Assembly (NCBI GenBank): GCA_044222475.1
Contig: JBGANF010000009.1
Span: 32,001 to 96,000, forward strand
Source: Polyangiaceae bacterium
GTDB lineage: Bacteria; Myxococcota_A; Polyangia; Polyangiales; Polyangiaceae
DNA length: 64,000 nucleotides
Direction: 5' to 3'
Shown here piece by piece: positions 46,856 to 55,326 of this stretch (within the stretch, counting starts at the first letter, position 1; the number at the start of each line of letters is the position of its first letter). The position numbers were made by a program, and so were the translations under genes. Under the pieces are notes generated by a model, which was given only the letters and a program-made list of their open reading frames with translations, searched no databases and had not been told where the DNA came from.

Positions 46856-48075
46856 ACGTAGTCCGCCACCCACGGCGCCGGACCGGCGAAGCAAGCTTCG
46901 AGAGCGCGAGCGCTGTTCGGATCGCCCCTCATGTACCCGAGCGCCGCCGCCTGCGATCCGCTGAGGTACCCGGTGTACATCGCCGAGAGCCCGCGCACGT
47001 CGAGCTGGACGAGCCCTGCCCCGCCGGGCTCCACCGTTGCCACGCCGCCCTGGACGCGAACGAGAAACTTCTGATCGCGCTCTTGGAGGATGTCGTCCTT
47101 CACCAGGAGGTGAATCGTCGCGTCGACTGGCGGATAGCCGCGCGTCTCGAGCGCCTTCTTCACGTCGACGATGCGGAACATGAATCGATCGCGTCGCTCG
47201 GTCTGGGCGGTCTGCTGGTTGTCGAGCCCGATGATCAGCGGATCGGTCGGGCCCGTCACCATGCGCACGCGATCGATGGTCGACCGGTAGCGCGCGAAGA
47301 ACGCGCGCGCGCTGCGGGCGGCGCCGACCGTCGCGATCGCGCGATCGCGCACGACGAGCGTGCCGTAGTGGGGCGTCGCGCCCTTCTCGATGTGGACGAC
47401 GACGTAGCCCTCGGGATCCTCGTGCGGCCCGAACACGTACGCGAAGAGGTCGATGTCCTGCGTCGGACGAAGCACGCGGTCCCAAAGCCACGGATTCCGG
47501 TGGAAGAGGCCCTGCGTCCGCGGTGCGAGAGCCTCGTAGAGGATCTTGAGGATCGGATCGCCGAGCGCGACCTCACGCACCGGGAGGTTCTCGATCAGCG
47601 CTTCGATCTCTCCGGTGCCACCCATGGCGGTGAAGGAGCGCGGCGCGCGATCGAACTCGTGCATCGGGATCGACACGACCTCGTACGAGCCGGCCTGCTC
47701 GAAGCCCGCCTTGCGGTAGAGCCGCTGCGTCGCGGGAAAGAGCATCGCCGTCGGGATCCCTTGCGCGCGCAGCTCGAGCAGCGCATGGCGCATCAGTCGC
47801 TCGGCGATCTGCTTGCCGCGCGCCTCCGGCGCGATGGCCACGCCGCGGAACGCGCCGGTCGGGACGGCCTTTCCGCCGAAGTACTGCGCGAGCGGCGGGA
47901 CCAGACAACCGCCAGCGAGAAACGACCCCTCGAAGGCGAGCCAGAGGTGCTCGTACCCCTCGCGCTCCATCCATGCCTCTGCTTGGGAGACGGGGACGAG
48001 CAGAGCGGGACACGCGAGGCGGAAGAATCGCAACGCCTCGTCGCGATCCTTGGGTGCACGAAAGGAGAGTTCCAC
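46852..48075 (-). CDS. Eis-like GNAT N-acetyltransferase
   Basis: GVAIAPEARGKQIA, LFPATQRLYRKAGFE, SCP2-like tail RIVDVKKALETRGYP. Confidence 0.85.
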   Translation of the reverse strand: MELSFRAPKDRDEALRFFRLACPALLVPVSQAEAWMEREGYEHLWLAFEGSFLAGGCLVPPLAQYFGGKAVPTGAFRGVAIAPEARGKQIAERLMRHALLELRAQGIPTAMLFPATQRLYRKAGFEQAGSYEVVSIPMHEFDRAPRSFTAMGGTGEIEALIENLPVREVALGDPILKILYEALAPRTQGLFHRNPWLWDRVLRPTQDIDLFAYVFGPHEDPEGYVVVHIEKGATPHYGTLVVRDRAIATVGAARSARAFFARYRSTIDRVRMVTGPTDPLIIGLDNQQTAQTERRDRFMFRIVDVKKALETRGYPPVDATIHLLVKDDILQERDQKFLVRVQGGVATVEPGGAGLVQLDVRGLSAMYTGYLSGSQAAALGYMRGDPNSARALEACFAGPAPWVADYV

Positions 48076-48111
48076 GGTGACGCGAGTCTATCCGTCCCCT
48101 AAACTCCCAGC

Positions 48112-48906
48112 GTGGAGAATCGCTACCTCCGCCGCGTCGGTACGCGCGAGTTCACGCTCAAGCCCTACGCCGGCCTCATCGGCTTCTTCGGTGGGGTGAT
48201 GATGTTCTATGGGTTCGCCAAGGCCCCGGCGTTCCTCATCGCCGGGCCAATCTTCCTCGTAGTGGCGCTGGCGCTCTACGTCGCGCACACTTCGCGGCCC
48301 TCGGCCGTCGAGCTTCGCCTGCTCGTCGACACGGGCAACGTCGACGAAGCGATGATCCACGTCCTCAGTCAGCTGAACAGCACCGGCGATTCGGATCGCA
48401 AGGCCGAGCTCATGCTCTTGCTCGGGCGCTGCGCCGAGCTTCTCGGCGACTTCGACGAGGCGGGCGGGGTGTACGAGGCGGCGCTCGCGCGCGCCAGCGG
48501 CGACGCGATCGACGAGCTGCGGGACCGCCGCGCGTTCTGTCTCGCCGCGGCAGGCAACGTCGAAGAAGCGCGAAACCTCCTCGGCGCCGCGCCGGACCGA
48601 AAGCGGCCGTTTCGCGAGAACGACGTGACCCGGCGCCCCCTCGAGGTTCGCGCGCGGTGCATCACTGCGTTTCGTTCGGGTGAGCACACCACCGTGCTCG
48701 ATCTCGTCGAGCGCTCGCGGGCCGTGGTCGAGACGGAGCTCTTGCCGATCGATCGCTCGCTCGTCTTCGCGCTCGAGCACGTCGCCGCGGCGTCGCTCGG
48801 TCGCACCGGGGCCCGACTCGCCCCCCTCGACGCCGCGACGACCACCTGGGTCGGTCGCTTCATCCCGAGCATTGGAAGGTACATCGATGGTCGAGCTTCG
48901 GAGTAG
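48112..48906 (+). CDS. Hypothetical membrane protein with TPR-like helices
   Basis: Two N-terminal TM helices; LGRCAELLGDFDEAGGVYEAAL is TPR-like. Confidence 0.6.
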   Translation: MENRYLRRVGTREFTLKPYAGLIGFFGGVMMFYGFAKAPAFLIAGPIFLVVALALYVAHTSRPSAVELRLLVDTGNVDEAMIHVLSQLNSTGDSDRKAELMLLLGRCAELLGDFDEAGGVYEAALARASGDAIDELRDRRAFCLAAAGNVEEARNLLGAAPDRKRPFRENDVTRRPLEVRARCITAFRSGEHTTVLDLVERSRAVVETELLPIDRSLVFALEHVAAASLGRTGARLAPLDAATTTWVGRFIPSIGRYIDGRASE

Positions 48907-50152
48907 GCACGCATGGTTCGTGGTCGCGACGGCGCTGGCCGCGTGCTCGTTCTCGGATCCGCCGCCGGTCGATCCCGACGCCGGATCGGCCGACGCCGGC
49001 GGCGACGTCGCGATCCCGTGCCCGGGAGCCGGCGTCAGCAAGGGCCCGTGGGTGATCGGCGTCCACGGAACGGCGGCGACGATCCGGTTCGAGGCGTGTC
49101 GCGCCGGCGTCCTCGGCGACATCGTGCTCGAGCCGGAGGCCGGCGGGGCGCCGCAGACCGTGCCGACCAAGGAGACCGCGACGGTGGTCACGCAGACCTT
49201 CGTCGCGCCGTTCAACCCCGACGCGCCGCCCGACTACGCAGGGACTTGGTACATGCACGAAGCCGCGCTGACCGGGCTGGCCGAGGCGACGTGCTACCGC
49301 TACACGCTCGCCGCCGACGCCACCGCGAAGGGGCGCTTCTGCACCGCGCGAAAGTCGGGCGACACGTTCAAGGTCCTCGCGATCGGTGACACGAACCCGG
49401 GCCTCGGTGACACGACGTCGAAGCTGCTCGAGCACCTCGTGCCGGAGAATTTCGACTTCACGATCCACCTAGGAGACATCGAGTACTACGCGTCGACGCT
49501 CGAGACGTGGGCGCTCTGGGCGCCGAAGATGGCGCCGATGCTCCGCCAGGGCGCGTTCTTTCCGTCGATCGGAAACCACGAATCCGAGAAGCCGACGGAG
49601 TACTCGGAGTACGTCTTGCGGTACTTCGGGAGCACGGGTTTGCCAGGGAGCGATGGCACGTACCGCTTCTCGAGCGGTGGCGTGCACTTCTTCGTGCTCG
49701 ACACCGAAGAGCCGATCGGCCCGGCGTCGACGCAAGCGGCGTGGTTCGCTCAGGAGATCGTCAAGGCCGAACAGGAGCCGGGGTATCGCTTCTCGATCGT
49801 CTACTACCACCGGCCGATCGTGAGCTGCGGCGACGTGAGCGACAGCCCCGAGTCCCGGCAGTACTACGAGCCCCTCTTCATCCAGCACAAAGTGAAGATG
49901 GTCTTGCAGGGCCACATGCACGGCTACGAGCGCTTCGACTTCGGGAACATCGTCTACGTGACGAGCGGTGGCGGAGGCGGACGCATCGTCGACCCGAGCC
50001 AACACATGGAGCGTCCGTACTGCAACAAGCGCGTGGCGGCGGGGCCCATCTTCCACGGGACGATCCTCGAGGTGAAGCCAGGCGCGCTCGACGGGAAGAT
50101 CATCGACGAGACCGGCGCGGTCAGGGATACGTACTCGATCCCGGCGCCGTGA
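48887..50152 (+). CDS. Purple acid phosphatase-family metallophosphoesterase lipoprotein
   Basis: Lipobox LAAC; GDT, GDIEY, GNHE, HRP, GHMHGYER. Confidence 0.88.
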   Translation: MVELRSRHAWFVVATALAACSFSDPPPVDPDAGSADAGGDVAIPCPGAGVSKGPWVIGVHGTAATIRFEACRAGVLGDIVLEPEAGGAPQTVPTKETATVVTQTFVAPFNPDAPPDYAGTWYMHEAALTGLAEATCYRYTLAADATAKGRFCTARKSGDTFKVLAIGDTNPGLGDTTSKLLEHLVPENFDFTIHLGDIEYYASTLETWALWAPKMAPMLRQGAFFPSIGNHESEKPTEYSEYVLRYFGSTGLPGSDGTYRFSSGGVHFFVLDTEEPIGPASTQAAWFAQEIVKAEQEPGYRFSIVYYHRPIVSCGDVSDSPESRQYYEPLFIQHKVKMVLQGHMHGYERFDFGNIVYVTSGGGGGRIVDPSQHMERPYCNKRVAAGPIFHGTILEVKPGALDGKIIDETGAVRDTYSIPAP

Positions 50153-50954
50153 CGCACGTCAGGCGTTCCGTGCTCATCCCAGGTTGGGACGACTGCGTGA
50201 ACACCGTCGGATCGAGCGAGGGGTTCACCACGACCTTCGTCGTCCGAATGAGGATGTCCTCGCCGGCCAGCGGCACCGAGAGGTGGACGCTCCTCGGGAT
50301 CTCGGCGTCGTCGCATCGATCCCCGGTCGCTGCGGGCGCAGGCTGCGGGTCGGCCAGCTCCGCGTCGTAGAGCGTCGCGCCCTGCTGCTCGACGTGCACG
50401 CGCGCGACCCGCAGGCGCTGGTTCGTCCAAGGCTGGAGCTCGATCTCCTCGCGCGAGCCGTTCGTTCCGTCGATGCCGACCAGGTAGCGTCCGCTCGACC
50501 ACCGCAGCGTGGGTGGCGACGAGTGAACGAGCACGGGTGCGTGTCCGAGCAGCAGCGTCACGAGCACCGCCGGAGGGACCGCGATCTTCGCGACGTTCGC
50601 GAAGCCGCATGCGTTCGCTGGTCCACTCGTGAAGCGACCCTGCCGAAGGTCGCTCGACGCGAGGGTCGTCCCGTCCGACGTGATCACCGCCGCGACGTCT
50701 CCCGCCACCGGCGTCTTCGCGTCGAGCCGAAACCGCGACGGCGATGCGGCGAGCATCATCACGTCGGTGCGGACGCGCTGGCCGTTCCCGAACGCATCGA
50801 CCTTCGCCTCGTCGATCTGGACCCCCGCGGTGCAACCGTAGCTCGCGCGCATGCGGTCGATCGCGGCCTGCCCATCGGGAAGCCTCGACGGCGGAGCGCC
50901 TCCGCACCCAGTGACGATGCCCGCCAGCCCGACTGCCATGTGGAGACCGCGCAT
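50121..50954 (-). CDS. Hypothetical lipoprotein (DUF4292/LolA-like fold possible)
   Basis: Lipobox VTGC; SRFRLDAKTP..AVITSDG; start uncertain (50966, 50954 or 50939). Confidence 0.6.
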   Translation of the reverse strand: MRGLHMAVGLAGIVTGCGGAPPSRLPDGQAAIDRMRASYGCTAGVQIDEAKVDAFGNGQRVRTDVMMLAASPSRFRLDAKTPVAGDVAAVITSDGTTLASSDLRQGRFTSGPANACGFANVAKIAVPPAVLVTLLLGHAPVLVHSSPPTLRWSSGRYLVGIDGTNGSREEIELQPWTNQRLRVARVHVEQQGATLYDAELADPQPAPAATGDRCDDAEIPRSVHLSVPLAGEDILIRTTKVVVNPSLDPTVFTQSSQPGMSTERLTCVTAPGSSTYP

Positions 50955-51061
50955 GCCTTTTCTCAACCGGAGCCCGCGCCGATTGTTCCGAGAGCCAGCC
51001 CTCTTCTTTCGCTCACGTCTTGCACAGCCGAACCGAATGAGGCAGATCTGCGCGCTCCGCG

Positions 51062-52291
51062 ATGCCTGCCCCGACCAGCTTCCCCAAGACCAAGATCAAG
51101 GTCCTCCTCCTCGAAGGGATCCACCAGAGCGCCGTCGAGCTCTTCGCCAAGGAGACCTTCCAGGTCGAGTCGGTCAAGGGCGCGCTCAAGCCGGAGGAGC
51201 TCCGCGAGCGCATCGCCGACGTTCACCTCCTCGGCATCCGCTCGAAGACCCACGTCGATGCGAAGAGCCTCGCGGCGGCCGACAAGCTCCTCGCGCTCGG
51301 ATGCTTCTGCATCGGCACGAACCAGGTCGACCTCGGTTCGGCGAACGAGCACGGCGTACCTGTCTTCAACGCGCCGTTCTCGAACACGCGCAGCGTCGCC
51401 GAGCTCATCATCGCGGAGATCGTCGTCCTCGCGCGCCAGCTCGGCGACCGCAGCCGCGAGGTCCACGAAGGGAAGTGGCGCAAAGTCGCGACCGCCTGCC
51501 ACGAGATCCGCGGCAAGACGCTCGGGATCGTCGGCTACGGCCACATCGGCTCGCAGGTCGGCGTCCTCGCCGAGGCGATGGGCATGCGCGTCCTCTTCTT
51601 CGACGTCGCGACCAAGCTCCCGATGGGGAACAACCGCTCGCAAGGCAGCCTCTACGATCTCCTCGGCGAGAGCGACTTCGTGACGCTCCACGTACCGGCC
51701 ACGAAAGAGACCGAGCGCATGATCGGTCCGAAGGAGCTCGCCGCGATGAAGAGGGGCGCGCACCTCCTCAACGCGAGTCGCGGGAGCGTCGTCGACATCT
51801 CGGCCCTCGCCGAGGCGATCAAGAAGGGCCACGTCGCGGGCGCTGCCGTCGACGTCTACCCCGACGAGCCAGAGACCAACTCCGACGGATTCGAGTCCGA
51901 GCTCCGTAACCTGCCGAACGTGCTTCTCACGCCGCACATCGGTGGGTCGACCGAGGAAGCTCAAGAGGCCATCGGGCGCGAAGTGGCGACCTCGCTCATC
52001 AAGTTCACCAACGTCGGCTCGACGGCGGGCTCGGTGAACTTCCCCCAGATCGACGTCGCGCCGACGCGCGGGGCGCACCGGATCCTCAACGTCCACAAGA
52101 ACGTCCCCGGCGTACTCGGCGCGGTGAACCGCATCGTGAGCGATCTCGGAGCGAACATCCGCGCCCAGACCCTCGCAACCGACAACCACGTCGGCTACCT
52201 CGTGATGGACCTCGAGCAGGACGTCTCGAGCGACGTCGCGAACGCGATCGCCGCGCTGTCGACGAACATCCGCACGCGGATCCTGTACTAG
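51062..52291 (+). CDS. serA: D-3-phosphoglycerate dehydrogenase with ACT domain
   Basis: KIKVLLLEGIH, GCFCIGTNQVD, NAPFSNTRSVAE, GYGHIG, TPHIGGSTEEAQ, HKNVPGVL. Confidence 0.96.
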   Translation: MPAPTSFPKTKIKVLLLEGIHQSAVELFAKETFQVESVKGALKPEELRERIADVHLLGIRSKTHVDAKSLAAADKLLALGCFCIGTNQVDLGSANEHGVPVFNAPFSNTRSVAELIIAEIVVLARQLGDRSREVHEGKWRKVATACHEIRGKTLGIVGYGHIGSQVGVLAEAMGMRVLFFDVATKLPMGNNRSQGSLYDLLGESDFVTLHVPATKETERMIGPKELAAMKRGAHLLNASRGSVVDISALAEAIKKGHVAGAAVDVYPDEPETNSDGFESELRNLPNVLLTPHIGGSTEEAQEAIGREVATSLIKFTNVGSTAGSVNFPQIDVAPTRGAHRILNVHKNVPGVLGAVNRIVSDLGANIRAQTLATDNHVGYLVMDLEQDVSSDVANAIAALSTNIRTRILY

Positions 52292-52615
52292 GGCGTGTCT
52301 TCATAGTCGGCGGCGCTCGTCCTCGTCCTCGTGCTCGTCCTCGTGCTCGTGCACGTCGTGGTGCGCGTGCGCGTGCGCGATCGCGACTGCTTTTCCTGGT
52401 CGAGACTGCGCTCGCGAATCTCTTTTCCATCCGGCTCGACGTGTGTGGAATCGACGCATACGTCGCACCCGTCGTCGCGCAGAGACCCGATCGTCACTGT
52501 GTTGAGCACGATTTGTCGCCGATCGCGCACGCGCACGCGCACGCGCACGAGGAGGAGGACGAGCACGAGTACGAGTACGAGTACGAGTACGAAAGCGGAT
52601 TATGAAGACAGGCCT
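52291..52615. mobile_element. Non-autonomous foldback element (MITE-like) with 18-bp terminal inverted repeats
   Basis: Left GGGCGTGTCTTCATAGTC versus right reverse complement AGGCCTGTCTTCATAATC (15 of 18 match); TA on both flanks; about 100-bp imperfect inverted arms built of hexamer repeats. Confidence 0.6.
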
Positions 52616-52622
52616 TAGCCAC

Positions 52623-53036
52623 CTAGTCGCAGTCGACCGCGACGAACTGGACGTAGCAGCACGACTCCGGGCTCTTGCACGTCTCTTTGGCGCTGAACCG
52701 TACCTTCCCAGGGAACGAGCTGCTTCGAGCCCACGCTTCGTGCTCGGTCGGGCACGCAGGAAACCACTTCTGCCACGCGCTGCGCACGGGAGACGGCGGC
52801 ACGCACTTCACCTCGCGCCGAAACGAGCACTCCGCCGCGGGAGCGACGGGCTCGGGCAGGTCCTTCGGGTCGTAGGAGCACGCTCCGGCTGGCGCCGAAG
52901 CCGCCGGAGCCGCCGAGGCGCTCGCGGAAGCGCTCGCCACCGGAGCCCCCGCGTCATCCCAAGTCGGTACCGGAGCCGCCGCACGACCGCACCCTGCGGC
53001 CGCCAGCAGCAGCGCTCCGGCGCACACCCGCTTCAC
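52623..53036 (-). CDS. Small Cys-rich lipoprotein (paralog 2)
   Basis: GTG overlaps the upstream stop; lipobox AAGC; 8 Cys in the mature domain. Confidence 0.75.
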   Translation of the reverse strand: MKRVCAGALLLAAAGCGRAAAPVPTWDDAGAPVASASASASAAPAASAPAGACSYDPKDLPEPVAPAAECSFRREVKCVPPSPVRSAWQKWFPACPTEHEAWARSSSFPGKVRFSAKETCKSPESCCYVQFVAVDCD

Positions 53037-53440
53037 CGACACGCTCCAGCGACGAACTGGACGTAGCAGCACTGGTCGGGCTTCGCGGCGCAGGTCTCCT
53101 TCGCGCTGAACAGCGCCTTGGTCGGGATGGTGCTGTCGGCCCACGGCTTTCCCTCTTTGGGACAATAGGGAAACCACTTCTGCCACGCGCTGAGCGCGGG
53201 CGACGACGGTACGCACCGCACCTCGCGATGGAACAGACACTCGACCGCGGGAGCGACGGGCTCCGGCAAGTCCTTCGGATCGTACGAGCACGTCCCGGCG
53301 TCCGGAGCGGAAGCGGAAGCGGAAGCGGAAGCGGAAGCGGAAGCCAGCGGTGCACCGGCTTCATCCCAACTCGGTACGGGCGCCGCCGTGCGTCCGCACG
53401 ACGCGACTAGCATCCCGACGATCACACGCGCTCTCTTCAT
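53033..53440 (-). CDS. Small Cys-rich lipoprotein (paralog 1)
   Basis: MKRARVIVGMLVASC; (AS)n linker; CSYDPKDLPEPVAPA, SAWQKWFP, FSAKETC and CCYVQFVA shared with paralog 2. Confidence 0.75.
   Translation of the reverse strand: MKRARVIVGMLVASCGRTAAPVPSWDEAGAPLASASASASASASAPDAGTCSYDPKDLPEPVAPAVECLFHREVRCVPSSPALSAWQKWFPYCPKEGKPWADSTIPTKALFSAKETCAAKPDQCCYVQFVAGACR
53307..53342. repeat. Hexanucleotide microsatellite (GCGGAA)6 encoding the Ala-Ser linker
   Basis: Six exact copies read directly. Confidence 0.9.
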
Positions 53441-53551
53441 TCCCATTCCGAATCCCCTTCCACATTCCGCCGAATTCGTCTTTCTCACCTGATGGATCGC
53501 GCGTCCCCCAAGGTGCGCGCCTGTCCTCCCATCGCAGACACCTCCTACAAT

Positions 53552-53573
53552 GAAGGACTTATAGAAGTCCTTC
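53552..53573. promoter_or_regulatory. Perfect inverted repeat, candidate enhancer (bEBP binding site)
   Basis: GAAGGACTT-atag-AAGTCCTTC, 80 bp upstream of the sigma54 motif. Confidence 0.55.
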
Positions 53574-53653
53574 CAGAAATCGACCTCCACAAGTGTTCAA
53601 TATGATTCATCTAAACACCTGAACGGAGGGACCACCACCATTTCGTGCAGCAC

Positions 53654-53669
53654 TGGCAAGGTGTTTGCA
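53654..53669 (+). promoter_or_regulatory. Sigma54 (-24/-12) promoter
   Basis: TGGCAAG-GTGT-TTGCA with exact GG-N10-GC spacing, followed by an AAGGAG SD and ATG 53706. Confidence 0.75.
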
Positions 53670-53705
53670 CTATGCAGTGGTTGCAACCCACAAGGAGTTC
53701 TTACC

Positions 53706-54068
53706 ATGTCGATTTCCGTCCGTTCGCTCCCCACCGTCTCGAAGGCTCAGGCTCCCGCGCAGAAGCGCCTCGGGCTCGCCGCTCACGTCCTCCGCGCCCT
53801 CGCCGAGGCGCAGGTCGAAGGTCGTCGGATGGACCTCGACACCCTCGCCGCCGACCTCGGCATCGAGTCCGACGACGGCACCGCCGAGGAAGGCATCCGC
53901 GTCCGCAAGCTCCGCCGCGAGGACGTCCGCGCCGCCGTCAGCCAGCTCGACAGCGAAGGCTTCGTCGACGCGTCGCGCATGCGCCTCACGCTCGCCGGTT
54001 TCGCGATGGGCAACGCGCTCTCGTCGCGCCAAGCGAAGATGATGCCGCTCCACCTCGTCGTCGGCTGA
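53706..54068 (+). CDS. Small hypothetical protein, winged-helix-like
   Basis: Strong SD; VLRALAEAQ..MDLDTLAADLG..REDVRAAVSQLDSEGFVD..RLTLAG resembles a wHTH. Confidence 0.65.
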   Translation: MSISVRSLPTVSKAQAPAQKRLGLAAHVLRALAEAQVEGRRMDLDTLAADLGIESDDGTAEEGIRVRKLRREDVRAAVSQLDSEGFVDASRMRLTLAGFAMGNALSSRQAKMMPLHLVVG

Positions 54069-54116
54069 GCTCCTCGACGCGCCCAGAAGCGCTCCTGGAC
54101 GCGCCCAGAAGCGCTC
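54069..54116. repeat. 22-bp tandem repeat (2.2 copies) between convergent genes
   Basis: GCTCCTCGACGCGCCCAGAAGC / GCTCCTGGACGCGCCCAGAAGC / GCTC. Confidence 0.85.
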
Positions 54117-54121
54117 TAGCC

Positions 54122-55306
54122 TTACTTCTTCAGCTTGTTCTTCAAGAGATCGCCGAACGTGCCCAGGCTCTTGCCCGCGCTCGCGATGTCTTTGTGGGCC
54201 TCGAAGTCGGCGCGCTCCGCCGCGTCCTTCGCGCCCTTCACCGAGAGCTTCAGCCGCCCGTCCCCCGTCTCGAGGACCTTGGCCGTGAGCTCGGTTCCCT
54301 CGGGGAAGGTCTTTCGTAGATCCGTCCCGCGCGGCACACCGAGCTCGGCGCTCGGAATCAGCCCGCGGCCTTCGCGCCCTTCGGTCCCCTCGAGCTGGAC
54401 GAAGACGCCGTAGGTCTCGATCCGAACGACCTTCCCTTTGACGACCGAGCCGATCGCCGCCCGCGGCCCCGCCTTCTGCGCCGGCCGCTCCGGCGCGGGC
54501 ATCAGCGACTTCAGCGAGAGCGTGATCTTCTTTCCGTCTTCCTTGATCTCCAGGACCTGCGCCTCGACCGTCTCGCCAGCCTTGATCTTGTCGGCCACCG
54601 CGACGCCGCGCTCGTGACCGAGCTCCGACGCGGGGAGCAGCGCTTCGATCCCGCCGATGTCGACGAAGGCGCCGAACTCGCGGACGGCCGTCACGGTGCC
54701 GCGCACGATCTTGCCCTTCTCGAGCGTCGCCAGGGCGCGCTCGCGGGCTTCGCGCGCGTCGGCTTCGAGCAGCCGGCGGCGCGAGAGAACGATGCTTCGC
54801 CCGCCGTCCTTGATCTCGGTGACGGCGAACGTCGTCGTGGTCCCGACCAGGTCTTTCCCTTCGGTTCCGCGCGCGCCGAGCTGCGAGTTGGGGCAGAACC
54901 CGCGGACGCCCTTGCCGAGGTCGACCTCGATGCCGCCCTTGTTGACGCCGGTGACCTTGCCCTCGACGCCGGCGCCCGAGTCGCGCGCGAGCTCGAACGA
55001 CGCGAGGTCGGTCGCGCGCCCGAGTGACTTGCCGAGACGGACGGCGCCGCTCTGCTCGTCGACGCTGAGGACCTTCGCCCGCACCGTGTCGCCGACGGCG
55101 AGATCGATGGTGCCGTCGGGGTTGTTCAGCTCGACGCGATCGATCATCGCTTGCTGCTTGCCGTCGAGCTCGACGAACACGGTGTCGCGTCCGACCTGGA
55201 CGACGACGGCTTCGATCGCCTCACCGACCCGGACCTTGCGACGGCCAGCGGCGGCTCCGGCTTTTCCCTGGGCCTCGAACAGTGCGGCGAAGCTATCGTC
55301 GGACAT
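54122..55306 (-). CDS. S1 RNA-binding domain protein (ribosomal protein S1 paralog, 4 S1 domains)
   Basis: DSFAALFEA, VEGKVTGVNKGG, GTVTAVREFGAFVDIGGIEALL, GKVVRIETYGVFV; tail SLGTFGDLLK. Confidence 0.85.
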   Translation of the reverse strand: MSDDSFAALFEAQGKAGAAAGRRKVRVGEAIEAVVVQVGRDTVFVELDGKQQAMIDRVELNNPDGTIDLAVGDTVRAKVLSVDEQSGAVRLGKSLGRATDLASFELARDSGAGVEGKVTGVNKGGIEVDLGKGVRGFCPNSQLGARGTEGKDLVGTTTTFAVTEIKDGGRSIVLSRRRLLEADAREARERALATLEKGKIVRGTVTAVREFGAFVDIGGIEALLPASELGHERGVAVADKIKAGETVEAQVLEIKEDGKKITLSLKSLMPAPERPAQKAGPRAAIGSVVKGKVVRIETYGVFVQLEGTEGREGRGLIPSAELGVPRGTDLRKTFPEGTELTAKVLETGDGRLKLSVKGAKDAAERADFEAHKDIASAGKSLGTFGDLLKNKLKK

Positions 55307-55326
55307 GGGTTTTCCTTAGCACGAGA

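Noticed and set aside
52288..52618. CRISPR array, or small protein genes in the repeat region (52288-52566 -, 52331-52618 +)
   Set aside because: The repeats are hexamer runs in inverted arms with no repeat-spacer periodicity and no cas genes; the ORFs are low-complexity translations of the repeats.
54122..55306. Primary ribosomal protein S1 (rpsA)
   Set aside because: Only four S1 domains (394 aa) and no typical rpsA context; more likely a paralog, so no symbol was assigned.
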